Shown here: piece after piece, positions 20,024 to 29,543 of the stretch | How the letters are laid out: the number at the start of each line of letters is the position of its first letter | How positions within the stretch are numbered: position 1 is the first letter of the stretch | From: Minisyncoccia bacterium | GTDB lineage: Bacteria; Patescibacteriota; Minisyncoccia; Phycocordibacterales; JAKFXT01 | Assembly: GCA_041485465.1 (NCBI GenBank) | Contig: JBGPJO010000003.1 | Coordinates: 3,705 to 67,704, forward strand | Reading direction: 5' to 3' | Length of the DNA: 64,000 nt | Program-made: the position numbers and the translations under genes | The notes under the pieces: generated by a model | The model's database searches: none | Seen by the model: only the letters and a program-made list of their open reading frames with translations | What the model was told of the DNA's origin: nothing

Positions 20024-21940
20024 ATGCAAAAAAAACTTATTGTTATATATGAGCCGGAGCAGGTAGAGTCAATTATTTCGTATATCCAAAAAATCCAGGA
20101 ACCATATCACATTATTGCTTTAAATTTTTGGGCGGAGCGGCTGCTTAGTGCTAGGGATATTACTTTCGAACCTTTGGAAAAATATGCGCTTAGTGAGGAA
20201 GAAAAAGACCGTCTCTTTGGGGTTGCAACAACTTTTGCACGAGAGTGGTATAGGTTACCCGAGCTTTCTTTTTTTGAATATAAGGGTGTTCCTATCGGGG
20301 AATCAGCTGAGCCTGAGATTGACAGTTATATTGAGAAAGCACTTTATTTTTTATATATTTTTAAAAAAATTCTTGAGAAAAACCCTGACGAAGAGCTTGT
20401 TGTTCCTTATGCCGAAGGGCGGACGGCCTCAAACAAGGCTTCCCTTGCGTGGTTTGAGGCCCGTGTGTCGATTGCTGTGGCGCAGTTTTTAGGGAATCTT
20501 TTTGGGCATGCTGTACTGCCTATAGGAGTAAAATTCGAACGTAAAGAAATTCCTTCAGTAAATCAGTATATATCTTGGCGGCATATAGCGCTTAAGACAC
20601 TGAACTGGTTCGTGGCTCATGCTGTTCGTCCCCGACCTATTAAAATTTTTGCAAGCGAATATTGGAGAAATATAGCCCCGGTTCTTGAAAAAATGGATGA
20701 TGCCGAGTTGGTGCTTATGGACCGTAGTGAAATAAAGAATATTCCTTGGCGCTACATATTTTCTCGACGTATTCGTTTTATTCACCCTACTGACGTTTTA
20801 ACTCCTAAAATACGCACCTTTGCAGCCGCGGTGACTCATGATTTTTCTCTTAAGTGGAGCAGTGCGGTCCCCGCTCTTGAAAACCTGGTTAAAAAAATTT
20901 CTCCGGATATTAATTGGTGGCCGCTTGTTGAAGAGGGGATCAAGTCTTGTCTCGGAGTATATGCTCAAGGTGTTGTTGAGAGCGCGCAGTGTATTGAGCA
21001 CTTGTTACTTTTAGAGAAATCAAATCGCGTGTTGCTTCGAGGGAGTTTTGCTGGCCGTCAGCCACACTTCTTCGTAGCCGCGTGTATATCTCGCACTCTT
21101 GGGACTCCTTCTATTGAGATACAACATGCAGCCGAAGTGCTTGATCCTCGTTCAGTAGTATCTCGTTTTGCCACTTCCTATATTGCCGGATATGGCGAAC
21201 TCACTAAGAAAGGGTTTATACGGAATCACACATATGCTCCTGAGCGAATTCGTATCGTTGGCTCTCATCGTTTTGATCATCTTGTGTCTACGCCCCCTTT
21301 ATCTAAAGACGAACGGGATAAGAAAATACAGGACTTAGGGCTTGACCCCACAAGGCCAATCGTCCTTTCAGCGGTACAAGCAGAAAACTACATGTTGGTT
21401 TTTTGTCCGTGGAGCTTTAATTCCTATGACATGGCAAGTTACCTTCAGTCTATGGCCACACTTAAAAAAACTCTGCCAGACATTCAGCTTATCCTCAAGT
21501 TTCGTTGGCCCGAACATTGGTTGACAAGATTTCCTCAATATTACAAAGACTATATCAACGAGCTATTTCCAAAAGGAGATGTAGTTTTAATCCACGCCGA
21601 AATTCCGATGGTTGATGTGATCAGGATATGTGATATTGCTATGAGTGGTAATTCAACCGTTCTTCTTGAAGTGATGGTAGCGAAAAAATCTTTAGTCTTT
21701 TTCCCGTGGAAGGAAAATGACACCTATACTCTCGAGAGTTTTGAGGGGTTGGGAAAACCCATTTATCTAAAACAACATGAAGAGCTTATTAATGAAATGA
21801 AAAGTCTTCTTGCTAGCGCTTCATTGAGGGCAGAGAGGGTCCGCATTCAAGATAACTTTCTTGCTAAAAATTATTCTTTTGACGGTCACGCGACAGAACG
21901 TATGGTCGCGCTTCTACGTGAAAATCTCCGGCCACTATAA
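20024..21940 (+). CDS. large GT-B-like protein (candidate nonulosonate transferase / capsule synthesis protein)
   Basis: EIQHA, VGSHRFD, GNSTVLLEVMVAKK, DGHATER resemble C-terminal GT-B motifs of TagF/sialyltransferase-like proteins; located at start of Pse cluster. Confidence 0.5.
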   Translation: MQKKLIVIYEPEQVESIISYIQKIQEPYHIIALNFWAERLLSARDITFEPLEKYALSEEEKDRLFGVATTFAREWYRLPELSFFEYKGVPIGESAEPEIDSYIEKALYFLYIFKKILEKNPDEELVVPYAEGRTASNKASLAWFEARVSIAVAQFLGNLFGHAVLPIGVKFERKEIPSVNQYISWRHIALKTLNWFVAHAVRPRPIKIFASEYWRNIAPVLEKMDDAELVLMDRSEIKNIPWRYIFSRRIRFIHPTDVLTPKIRTFAAAVTHDFSLKWSSAVPALENLVKKISPDINWWPLVEEGIKSCLGVYAQGVVESAQCIEHLLLLEKSNRVLLRGSFAGRQPHFFVAACISRTLGTPSIEIQHAAEVLDPRSVVSRFATSYIAGYGELTKKGFIRNHTYAPERIRIVGSHRFDHLVSTPPLSKDERDKKIQDLGLDPTRPIVLSAVQAENYMLVFCPWSFNSYDMASYLQSMATLKKTLPDIQLILKFRWPEHWLTRFPQYYKDYINELFPKGDVVLIHAEIPMVDVIRICDIAMSGNSTVLLEVMVAKKSLVFFPWKENDTYTLESFEGLGKPIYLKQHEELINEMKSLLASASLRAERVRIQDNFLAKNYSFDGHATERMVALLRENLRPL

Positions 21941-21989
21941 AAGAACACCTTTTTGATTTTGAGAGAGTTTGTATAGAATAAAGCTAATT

Positions 21990-22544
21990 ATGGAACTTAA
22001 ACCTTTTATTGAAGGAACAACTGTTGATCTAAGACCTCTCTCCATGAAGGATATTGAGGGGGGTTATGTTAATTGGTTGAATGATCCCGAAGTGTGTAAG
22101 TACAACTCTCATCATGTATATCCGTATACACGGGAACAGGCTGCCGCTTATATTGTCGGTCTTGAAGGCAACAAGAATAATCTGGTGCTTGCTATTGTTC
22201 AAAAAGATAGCGGCAAACATATCGGCAACATCTCACTTCAGAATATTGATCATCTTAGTCGCAATGCCGAGTACGCGATTATTCTTGGGGAAAAAGAATA
22301 TTGGGGAAAAGGGATTGCGCTTGAAGCCTCACTTATGATTCTCAAACACGGATTCCAGGCACTCGATTTACATCGGATATATTGTGGGACTTCGGAGAAA
22401 AATACTGCCATGAAGAATTTGGCGCTTGCCATGGGCATGCAGGAAGAAGGCAGGAGAAAAGAGGCCATATATAAGGACGGCGAATTTTTTGATGTCATAG
22501 AGTACGGAATTTTGAAAAAGAATTTCAATGCAGCAAAAAAATAA
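21990..22544 (+). CDS. GNAT N-acetyltransferase (RimJ/RimL, PseH-like)
   Basis: WLNDPEV, HIGNISL, EYWGKGIA, GMQEEG. Confidence 0.88.
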   Translation: MELKPFIEGTTVDLRPLSMKDIEGGYVNWLNDPEVCKYNSHHVYPYTREQAAAYIVGLEGNKNNLVLAIVQKDSGKHIGNISLQNIDHLSRNAEYAIILGEKEYWGKGIALEASLMILKHGFQALDLHRIYCGTSEKNTAMKNLALAMGMQEEGRRKEAIYKDGEFFDVIEYGILKKNFNAAKK

Positions 22545-23745
22545 AACGTGTGAAAACACAGAAGGACCCCTCTTCCCGCAGCTCAAGTATTGCGCCCGCT
22601 GTTGCATACCCGAGACGCAAGAAGGGGTACGGTTTGACGAGATGGGCATTTGCTATGCTTGTCAGTCGTCCGAACAGAAAATTCATATTAACTGGGTAGA
22701 GAAGGAAAAGGAACTTCGTAAAATTCTAGAAGATGCAAAGTCAAAGGCGGGAAATAATTATGACTGCATTGTTCCCATAAGCGGCGGCAAGGACAGCACA
22801 TTTCAATTGCATATCCTTACAAAAGTGTACGGCATGAAGCCACTTGCGGTGACGTTTAGCCACAACTGGTGGAGCGAAAGCGGTTGGTACAATCTCCAGA
22901 ACGCTCTTGAAACTTTTAATGTCGATCACATCATATTTACGCCGAATCGGGCGCTTATTAACAAACTTGCGAAAAAATCGGTTGAAGGGATTGGCGATAC
23001 GAACTGGCATGACCACGCCGGAGTAGGCTCGTTTCCGCTTCAGGTGGCGGTTAAATTCAAAATCCCTCTTCTTATCTGGGGAGAGTCAATTGCCGAAGCC
23101 TCCGGCCGGGCGACCTATGAAAAACCTCTTCATAAAATCGACAGAGATTATTTTGTTAAGGTTTCGGCAAAACTAAACCCAACGCAGATGGTTGGAGGGG
23201 GAGTAAGTGCCCGTGATCTCTATCCATTTACGGTTCCGTCGCAAGCGGAGCTTGATTCTGTTGGTGTATGGTGGATCAATCTTGGCGATTATATTTTTTG
23301 GGACGATGAGCGTCAGGCGGAATTTCTTCATGACACCTATGGCTGGAAAGAGACGCGGATGGAAGGAACATACAAACGCTATAAGAGTGTTGAAGATATT
23401 ATGTCAGGAATGCATGACTTCACCTGCTATTTGAAGCGTGGCTACGGGCGGTGCACGGTGCAGGCGAGTCTTGATGTTCGGAACGGTCTTCTCACAAGAG
23501 AAGAAGCTTTTACGCTCATCCGTGAGTATGATACGGAACGGCCGGAGGCGCTTGATTATTATTTGGAGATAACCGGTACGACCGAAGCCGAGTTTTACGA
23601 AACAATGAAAAAACAACGTGTGCCGAAAATGAAGAATATAGATATTCCGATTATGCCAAAACATCATCCTCATGAAGAAAAACTGGTGCCGTTTCCGGAG
23701 CAGCTAATTGAGAAGTATAAGAATAAAAAAGATGAATCCCGTTAG
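22528..23745 (+). CDS. N-acetyl sugar amidotransferase (WbuX/WbpG/PseA family)
   Basis: N-terminal CARCC...CYAC, PP-loop YDCIVPISGGKDS, WGE, KRGYGR, VRNGLLTREEA. Confidence 0.9.
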   Translation: MQQKNKTCENTEGPLFPQLKYCARCCIPETQEGVRFDEMGICYACQSSEQKIHINWVEKEKELRKILEDAKSKAGNNYDCIVPISGGKDSTFQLHILTKVYGMKPLAVTFSHNWWSESGWYNLQNALETFNVDHIIFTPNRALINKLAKKSVEGIGDTNWHDHAGVGSFPLQVAVKFKIPLLIWGESIAEASGRATYEKPLHKIDRDYFVKVSAKLNPTQMVGGGVSARDLYPFTVPSQAELDSVGVWWINLGDYIFWDDERQAEFLHDTYGWKETRMEGTYKRYKSVEDIMSGMHDFTCYLKRGYGRCTVQASLDVRNGLLTREEAFTLIREYDTERPEALDYYLEITGTTEAEFYETMKKQRVPKMKNIDIPIMPKHHPHEEKLVPFPEQLIEKYKNKKDESR

Positions 23746-24016
23746 AGATGAAAAAAGTTGGTATACATATGTACTTCAGAGTCTCACAGATGGGAAATGG
23801 TACACAGGTTCTACGAATGACCTGCGGAAGCGCTTTAAGTATCACCGCTTGGGTAAAGTTTCTTCCACTAAGCACCGAGGGCCATTCAAAATTATTTACT
23901 ACGAGATGTGCCTTACTGAAAAAGATGCACGGTCGAGAGAATTATTTCTTAAATCGGGTATGGGTAAGCGTTATCTGAAAAATCGGTTAAAGCGCTTCCT
24001 ATCTCTAACGGGATGA
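23732..24016 (+). CDS. GIY-YIG nuclease family protein (94 aa)
   Basis: YTYVLQS...WYTGSTNDLRKRFKYH...YYE...ARSRELFLKSG; begins MNPVRD within the left repeat, ends SLTG within the right repeat. Confidence 0.9.
   Translation: MNPVRDEKSWYTYVLQSLTDGKWYTGSTNDLRKRFKYHRLGKVSSTKHRGPFKIIYYEMCLTEKDARSRELFLKSGMGKRYLKNRLKRFLSLTG
23738..24012. mobile_element. IR-bounded GIY-YIG mini-cassette with ATGAAT target duplication
   Basis: ATCCCGTTAGAGAT (23736-23749) is the exact reverse complement of ATCTCTAACGGGAT (24001-24014); ATGAAT repeated at 23732-23737 and 24013-24018. Confidence 0.8.
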
Positions 24017-25383
24017 ATAAACTTTTTCTTGAAAATTCAATCAGCGAGATTATAGAAAAAATTCGTAACAAAAAACTTCTGCCGTCGGAAGTCGCGACTG
24101 CCTCACTTCAAAATATTCGCGAACTTGACCCAAAGTATTTTGCATTTGTTCTCTACGGAGACGAGGGGTTGATAGATGAGATACGAAAAGAGGAGAAATC
24201 AGTACCTATAAACGGAAATCGGCTACTTGAAAAAATTCCTGTCGGGGTAAAAGATATTTTTAATACCGCTGATTTCCCCACTCAGATGGGGAGTCCTTTG
24301 TGGAAGGATTTTACGCCGGGAAATGATGCGCGTGCCGTCTTTAATCTCAAGCGGCAGGGGGCGATTGTTATGGGTAAAATGGTCACGGCGGAGTTTGCGG
24401 TGCATGCTCTCGATAAAACGCTAAACCCGTATGACGTCACAAAAACTCCGGGGACATCTTCAAGCGGATCAGCGGTTGCAGTCTCGCTCGGGATGGTACC
24501 GGTTGCAACAGGAACGCAAACTGCAGGGTCTATCATTCGTCCCGCGAGTTTCTGCGGCGTCTATGCGTGCAAACCGTCCTTCGGACTCATTCCTCGAACC
24601 GGGATGCTCAAGACCACCGATAGTCTCGATAGCATAGGTTTTTTTACTATTCATCAAAAAGATTTGCGCAGGGTGTTTGATACTTTGAGGGTATGGGGTG
24701 AGAATTATCCTATAAGCAATAAAGCCTTACGTGATGACGCGCGGCAGAATAAAGAAAAAGACAAACCTTGGCGGGTTGGTTTTGTTCGTACTCATACCTG
24801 GGAGAACGCGCCCTCATACGCTAAGGAAGCGCTGGAGGCATTTATGAAAAAACTCGGGGGGAAGAAGGATGTTGAGGTGGTTGAAGCCATCTTGCCGAAG
24901 GTCATGGAGAAAACACACGTAACGCACGAAACTATCTACAACAAGTCGCTCTCGTATTACTTCCAGCACGAATACGAGAAGTCGAATTACGTTTCTCCGA
25001 TAATGAACGAGCTTATTGAGGCGGGTAAAAAGATCAGTATTGAAGAGTATGGTTCAGCAATAGCATTACAAACAGAGCTGATACAGAAAATGGATTCTTT
25101 CTTCAAAGATTTTGATGTGCTTATTTCTTTGAGTACCGCGGGAGAGGCTCCACTTCGTGAGGTTACAGAATTGAGAGATCCCGCTCTTATGTGGACTCTC
25201 ACGCATTTGCCGGTAGTAAATGTTCCTAATTTTGTCTCTCCGAATGGAATGCCTTTTGGTATGCAGGTTGTCGCGAGAAAATACAACGACTATCTTTTAT
25301 TCGGATTTTTGGATTACCTCGAGTCCCTTAAAATCATTCCGCGTAATGCGGGTTACTATCTCTCAGAGCCTCAATCCGATTAA
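24013..25383 (+). CDS. amidase signature family protein (GatA-like)
   Basis: PVGVKDIF (Lys), PGTSSSGSA (cis-Ser), GTQTAGSIIRPASFCG (Ser nucleophile), PFGMQVV. Confidence 0.9.
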   Translation: MNKLFLENSISEIIEKIRNKKLLPSEVATASLQNIRELDPKYFAFVLYGDEGLIDEIRKEEKSVPINGNRLLEKIPVGVKDIFNTADFPTQMGSPLWKDFTPGNDARAVFNLKRQGAIVMGKMVTAEFAVHALDKTLNPYDVTKTPGTSSSGSAVAVSLGMVPVATGTQTAGSIIRPASFCGVYACKPSFGLIPRTGMLKTTDSLDSIGFFTIHQKDLRRVFDTLRVWGENYPISNKALRDDARQNKEKDKPWRVGFVRTHTWENAPSYAKEALEAFMKKLGGKKDVEVVEAILPKVMEKTHVTHETIYNKSLSYYFQHEYEKSNYVSPIMNELIEAGKKISIEEYGSAIALQTELIQKMDSFFKDFDVLISLSTAGEAPLREVTELRDPALMWTLTHLPVVNVPNFVSPNGMPFGMQVVARKYNDYLLFGFLDYLESLKIIPRNAGYYLSEPQSD

Positions 25384-25496
25384 GCGAGATGGTTTTTCGT
25401 GAAAGGAAAAAGAAATGCTGCCGGGAAACGTTTTTATGTAACCATACCTATAACTCTTGAGTTTTAAGGTGTGTGTGTTAAAGTACGCCTCACATT

Positions 25497-26519
25497 ATGG
25501 CAAAAACCAGCGCAACAAAAAAATCTTCAATCAAAAATTTTTTCAGGGATAAAACGGTTCTGGTGACCGGAGGGACGGGTACCTTCGGGCATGCATTTGT
25601 CGCCCGTCTTCTTAAAGAAACCGAAGTAAAAAAGATCATTGTTTTCAGCCGCGATGAATTCAAGCAGAGCCAAATGCAGAGCTCAATGTCGGATCCGAAG
25701 AAGAAACTCCGCTTCTTTATTGGAGACGTGCGCGATTTACCGCGATTAGAGCGCGCTTTTCACGGCGTTGATATTGTGGTTCATGCCGCAGCCTTAAAGA
25801 GGGTGGACGCTATCGAATATAATCCACTTGAAGCGGTAAAAACCAATATTATCGGTTCAGAGAATGTTATCGATGCCGCTCTCGATAATAAGGTAGAGAA
25901 AGTGCTGCTCATTTCCTCCGACAAAGCTGTGCAACCTATTAATCTCTATGGGGCGACCAAACTTGCGGCGGAAAAACTTTTTGTTGCCGCAAATGCGTAT
26001 CGTAGTCTAGAGCGGAACACGGTTTTTGGTGTCGTGCGCTATGGCAATGTGGTAGGAAGTCGCGGAAGTTTCTTAGAGTTACTGAAAAAGCAGCGTGAGA
26101 CCGGCACCATTACTTTAACGCATGAAAAGATGACCCGGTTTTGGATTACTATCGATGAGGTTATGGATGTGGTGCTTGAACTTCTCGAATGTATGAAGGG
26201 CGGGGAGATTTTTGTGCCAAAGATGAAAAATATGCCGATTTACGATGTTATCAGACTCCTCACGCCCGAATGTGAAATAAAAACAGTGGGGATTCGTCCC
26301 GGGGAGAAGCTCCATGAAATTTTGATTACCGAACACGAAGCCCCCCGGACTAAGGATATTGGCAGTGCGTATGTCATTATGCCGGAGTTTTTGGCCGACT
26401 CTTCTTATGTTCAATGGTTGAAGAATAAACCAAGTGCTCAAGCGGATTTTGTTTTTGCCAGTAATAATCCCACGTTTAAGTTAAGTGAAGATGAGGCGCG
26501 AAAGATTCTCATTATCTAA
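25497..26519 (+). CDS. pseB: UDP-N-acetylglucosamine 4,6-dehydratase (inverting)
   Basis: TGGTGTFG, FSRDEFKQ, HAAALK, SDKAVQPINLYGATK, RYGNVVGSRGS, MTRFWI, GIRPGEKLHE. Confidence 0.93.
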   Translation: MAKTSATKKSSIKNFFRDKTVLVTGGTGTFGHAFVARLLKETEVKKIIVFSRDEFKQSQMQSSMSDPKKKLRFFIGDVRDLPRLERAFHGVDIVVHAAALKRVDAIEYNPLEAVKTNIIGSENVIDAALDNKVEKVLLISSDKAVQPINLYGATKLAAEKLFVAANAYRSLERNTVFGVVRYGNVVGSRGSFLELLKKQRETGTITLTHEKMTRFWITIDEVMDVVLELLECMKGGEIFVPKMKNMPIYDVIRLLTPECEIKTVGIRPGEKLHEILITEHEAPRTKDIGSAYVIMPEFLADSSYVQWLKNKPSAQADFVFASNNPTFKLSEDEARKILII

Positions 26520-26540
26520 CATTTAACACAACAAAAATTC

Positions 26541-27215
26541 ATGAATAAGCAAAAGAAAATATGCGTAATCATTCCCGCGAAGGCCGTCTCAAAACGCATT
26601 CCGGGAAAAAATCTGAAACTTCTTGCAGGGAAACCAATGCTTGCCTATATTTTGGAAACAGCAAAGAGCGCCAAAGGGATTGATCGGGTGATTGTTTCAA
26701 CAGAATCAGAAGAGGTAAAAAAAGTGGCCGAGCAATACGGAGCTGAAGTGCCGTTTGTCCGTCCCCTGAAGCTAACTGAAGATGAGACAACTACCCAAGA
26801 GGTGCTCGTGCACGCGATACTTGAACTTGAAAAAGAGGGCTACAAGCCCGATTATGTTCTTCTGCTCTACCCGACTTCTCCGCTGTTAAAGCGTGAGCGG
26901 ATAGAGGAAGCGGTACAGATTGCCTTTACTCGAAATTCTGATTCAGTCATCAGTGGTCATTACGACCGTGGACACTATTGGGAAGAGGCGGAAGGGGGAT
27001 GGATAAGGCTCTTTCCGAAAAAACCTCGTAATAGCCAGTTCCAGCAGCCGCTCTTTGTCGAAAACGGAGCGATTTATATGACGAGGACCGAAATTTTGAA
27101 ACGCCAGGTTGTTGCCGATAAAACGGACATTCTTCTTATGGATAAAAACGAAAATGTAGACGTCGATTATCCGGAGGATTTTAAGGAGGTTGAAAAGATA
27201 CTTCTTGAAAAATGA
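26541..27215 (+). CDS. pseF: acylneuraminate/pseudaminate cytidylyltransferase (PseF/NeuA family)
   Basis: IIPAK..SKRIPGKN, LYPTSPL, ENGAIY, VDVDYPEDF. Confidence 0.8.
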   Translation: MNKQKKICVIIPAKAVSKRIPGKNLKLLAGKPMLAYILETAKSAKGIDRVIVSTESEEVKKVAEQYGAEVPFVRPLKLTEDETTTQEVLVHAILELEKEGYKPDYVLLLYPTSPLLKRERIEEAVQIAFTRNSDSVISGHYDRGHYWEEAEGGWIRLFPKKPRNSQFQQPLFVENGAIYMTRTEILKRQVVADKTDILLMDKNENVDVDYPEDFKEVEKILLEK

Positions 27216-28513
27216 AGAAGAAAAATGTTTCTCAAACAACTTCTGCCATTGCTCTTTTTGGGGGCCCTCCAGTCAATAAAAACCCCTTTCCCGCGCCCTA
27301 TACGATCGACAAGCGCGAAATTGCCGCTGCTCTTCGAGTTCTTAAAAAAGGCCCTCTTTCCGGTTTTGTCGGCGTCGCCGGTCGTTATTTTTTAGGCGGT
27401 CCGGCGGTGCTCAAACTTGAAAGCGCGTTCCGAAAAAAGTTTAAGGTAAAACACGCGGTTTCTTTTAATTCCGCGACAACGGCGCTTCACGGCGCTATTG
27501 TTGCTCTTGGTATTGGGCCGGGAGATGAGGTGATCGTGCCACCCTATACAATGTCGGCTTCCGCAACGGCTATCCTCATGAACGGCGCAGTGCCGATATT
27601 TGCCGATATAGACGAGAGAACCTTTTGTCTTGATCCACAATCTGTCCGAAAGCGCATCACGAAAAATACCAAGGCGATCATGGTGGTGAATCTCTTGGGA
27701 CAGGCAGCAGACTTCGGGGAGCTTTTAAAAATTAGACGAGAGTACAATCTCAAGATTATCGAAGATAATGCGCAATCTCCCGGGGCGATATGGAGAGGAA
27801 AATATACCGGAACGATCGGGGACATAGGCGTATTCAGTTTTAATGTTCATAAAACTATCCAGGCGGGAGAGGGGGGAGTGCTTGTCACCAATAGTGAGAG
27901 CTACGCACTGCGTGCGCAGCTCTCTCGGAACCACGGTGAGTCGGTGGTGGGTGGAATGCCCGAGTATGATGAGCGGCCGATATTCGGAAGTAATTACCGC
28001 ATGACGGAAATTGTAGCCGCTATTTCCGAAGTCCAACTTTCTCGCCTCGATTTTTTTAATAAAAAACGCCTTGCTCTCGTAGACTATCTGACGAAGAGTC
28101 TAAAAAATATTCCCGGCCTTATTCTTCCGTTCATTCCACCCGAGAACCACCACGTGTTCTATGTGTACCCGATTAAAATCGATCAAAAGAAATTAGGCAT
28201 TTCCCGCGACAGACTGGTTGAGGCCATGACCGCGGAGGGGTTTCCGATGCGCAAAGGCTATGTGGAGCCGCTCTATCTTTTACCAATCTTTCAATCTAAA
28301 AAAGCCTTCAACAATACCCACTTTCCGTTTAAGAGTGAGTACTATGATGGAAAACCGGATTATTCAAAGGGCATCTGCCCTGTTGTCGAGCGCCTTGAAG
28401 AGAGAGAACTGACATTTACAAATATCTGCCAGTACCCTCATACCACGGCTCATGTTGATCTTTTTGTGCGTGCTCTCAAAAAAGTCCTCAGTCACAAGGA
28501 GGAGCTTGTATGA
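27212..28513 (+). CDS. DegT/DnrJ/EryC1/StrS PLP aminotransferase
   Basis: NSATTALH, GPGDEVIVP, IEDNAQ, FSFNVHKTIQAGEGG, NYRMTE. Confidence 0.92.
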   Translation: MKKKNVSQTTSAIALFGGPPVNKNPFPAPYTIDKREIAAALRVLKKGPLSGFVGVAGRYFLGGPAVLKLESAFRKKFKVKHAVSFNSATTALHGAIVALGIGPGDEVIVPPYTMSASATAILMNGAVPIFADIDERTFCLDPQSVRKRITKNTKAIMVVNLLGQAADFGELLKIRREYNLKIIEDNAQSPGAIWRGKYTGTIGDIGVFSFNVHKTIQAGEGGVLVTNSESYALRAQLSRNHGESVVGGMPEYDERPIFGSNYRMTEIVAAISEVQLSRLDFFNKKRLALVDYLTKSLKNIPGLILPFIPPENHHVFYVYPIKIDQKKLGISRDRLVEAMTAEGFPMRKGYVEPLYLLPIFQSKKAFNNTHFPFKSEYYDGKPDYSKGICPVVERLEERELTFTNICQYPHTTAHVDLFVRALKKVLSHKEELV

Positions 28514-29535
28514 TACAGGTGCTCTTTAGTGCGAACGACCCTGGTGGAGCAAATGCAATAGCTCCTGTTGTCGGTGAACTCAAAAAACAAGGGGCCCCAT
28601 TTCTCGGAATTCTCTCCGGCCCCGCAAGGGAAATTTTTTCTAAAAGAAACACTTCTTTTATTGACGGAAGCTCTCTTACTGAAGAGACGCTACATAAAGA
28701 AATAGATTCATTCAAACCCAACCTTTTTCTTTTTGGTACGAGCGCCGGGGGGACTTTAGAGAAAGACATTCTTCTCTATGTGCATGATCATGCTCCTTCG
28801 GTTGCCGTGCTTGATTTCTGGGGTAATTACTGGCAACGTTTTTCAAGCCCCGGGGTTAAGGATTTCCGCTATCTTCCAGCGATGATTTGTATTATGGATA
28901 CGGTTGCGCGCGATGAAATGATTGCCGAAGGTTTTAACCCCGATACTCTTGTGGTAACAGGTAATCCACACTTTGATCATTTTGCCGACCTGATAACACG
29001 CGATCTTGAGAGTGAGAAAGATGTACTCTTTATCTCTCAACCGTTGAGCTCAATATCGTCACTTCAGGGTTTCACTAAGCACCCTTTTGATGAATTTTCC
29101 GTTCTTGAAGATATTATTTCTGCATTCTCTTTTCTCCCTCAGGAGTATCACCTTAATATCAGATTGCACCCAAAAGAAGACGCGCATAAATTTGATAAAT
29201 ATATCTCGTCTCGGGTATTTGTGATGCGGGAGTCAACGCTTGAAGAAGAACTTTCCCGGGCAGGGCTTGTTATAGGAATGTCCTCACCCGTGTTGCTTCA
29301 GGCAAGCGCGGCAGGAAAGAGAGTATTGAGTTATGAACCGGGCCTTTCAGGAAATGATATGCTCGTGAGCAATCGTGTCGGCGTAACGCGGCGAATATCA
29401 AGCAAAGAAGAACTCAAGGAAATGCTCATTGCCTACAGTGAGGGCAAGATACCGCTTCCTTCTTCCGATATGAGAGAATTTTGGCCGTCAGGTGCAACCA
29501 GTCGCGTGGTTGAAGTTATAAAGAATCTTGTCTAA
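28510..29535 (+). CDS. GT-B-fold-like hypothetical protein
   Basis: DPGGANA, VTGNPHFD, FISQP, RLHPKE, VIGMSS, GATSRV. Confidence 0.6.
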   Translation: MIQVLFSANDPGGANAIAPVVGELKKQGAPFLGILSGPAREIFSKRNTSFIDGSSLTEETLHKEIDSFKPNLFLFGTSAGGTLEKDILLYVHDHAPSVAVLDFWGNYWQRFSSPGVKDFRYLPAMICIMDTVARDEMIAEGFNPDTLVVTGNPHFDHFADLITRDLESEKDVLFISQPLSSISSLQGFTKHPFDEFSVLEDIISAFSFLPQEYHLNIRLHPKEDAHKFDKYISSRVFVMRESTLEEELSRAGLVIGMSSPVLLQASAAGKRVLSYEPGLSGNDMLVSNRVGVTRRISSKEELKEMLIAYSEGKIPLPSSDMREFWPSGATSRVVEVIKNLV

Positions 29536-29543
29536 AGAAAACT

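Noticed and set aside
24013-25383. Calling the amidase gatA as partner of gatB at 62567
   Set aside because: Motifs (GTQTAGSIIRPA) differ from typical GatA (GSDTGGSIRQPA), there is no gatC, and it is embedded in the sugar operon; left without a symbol.
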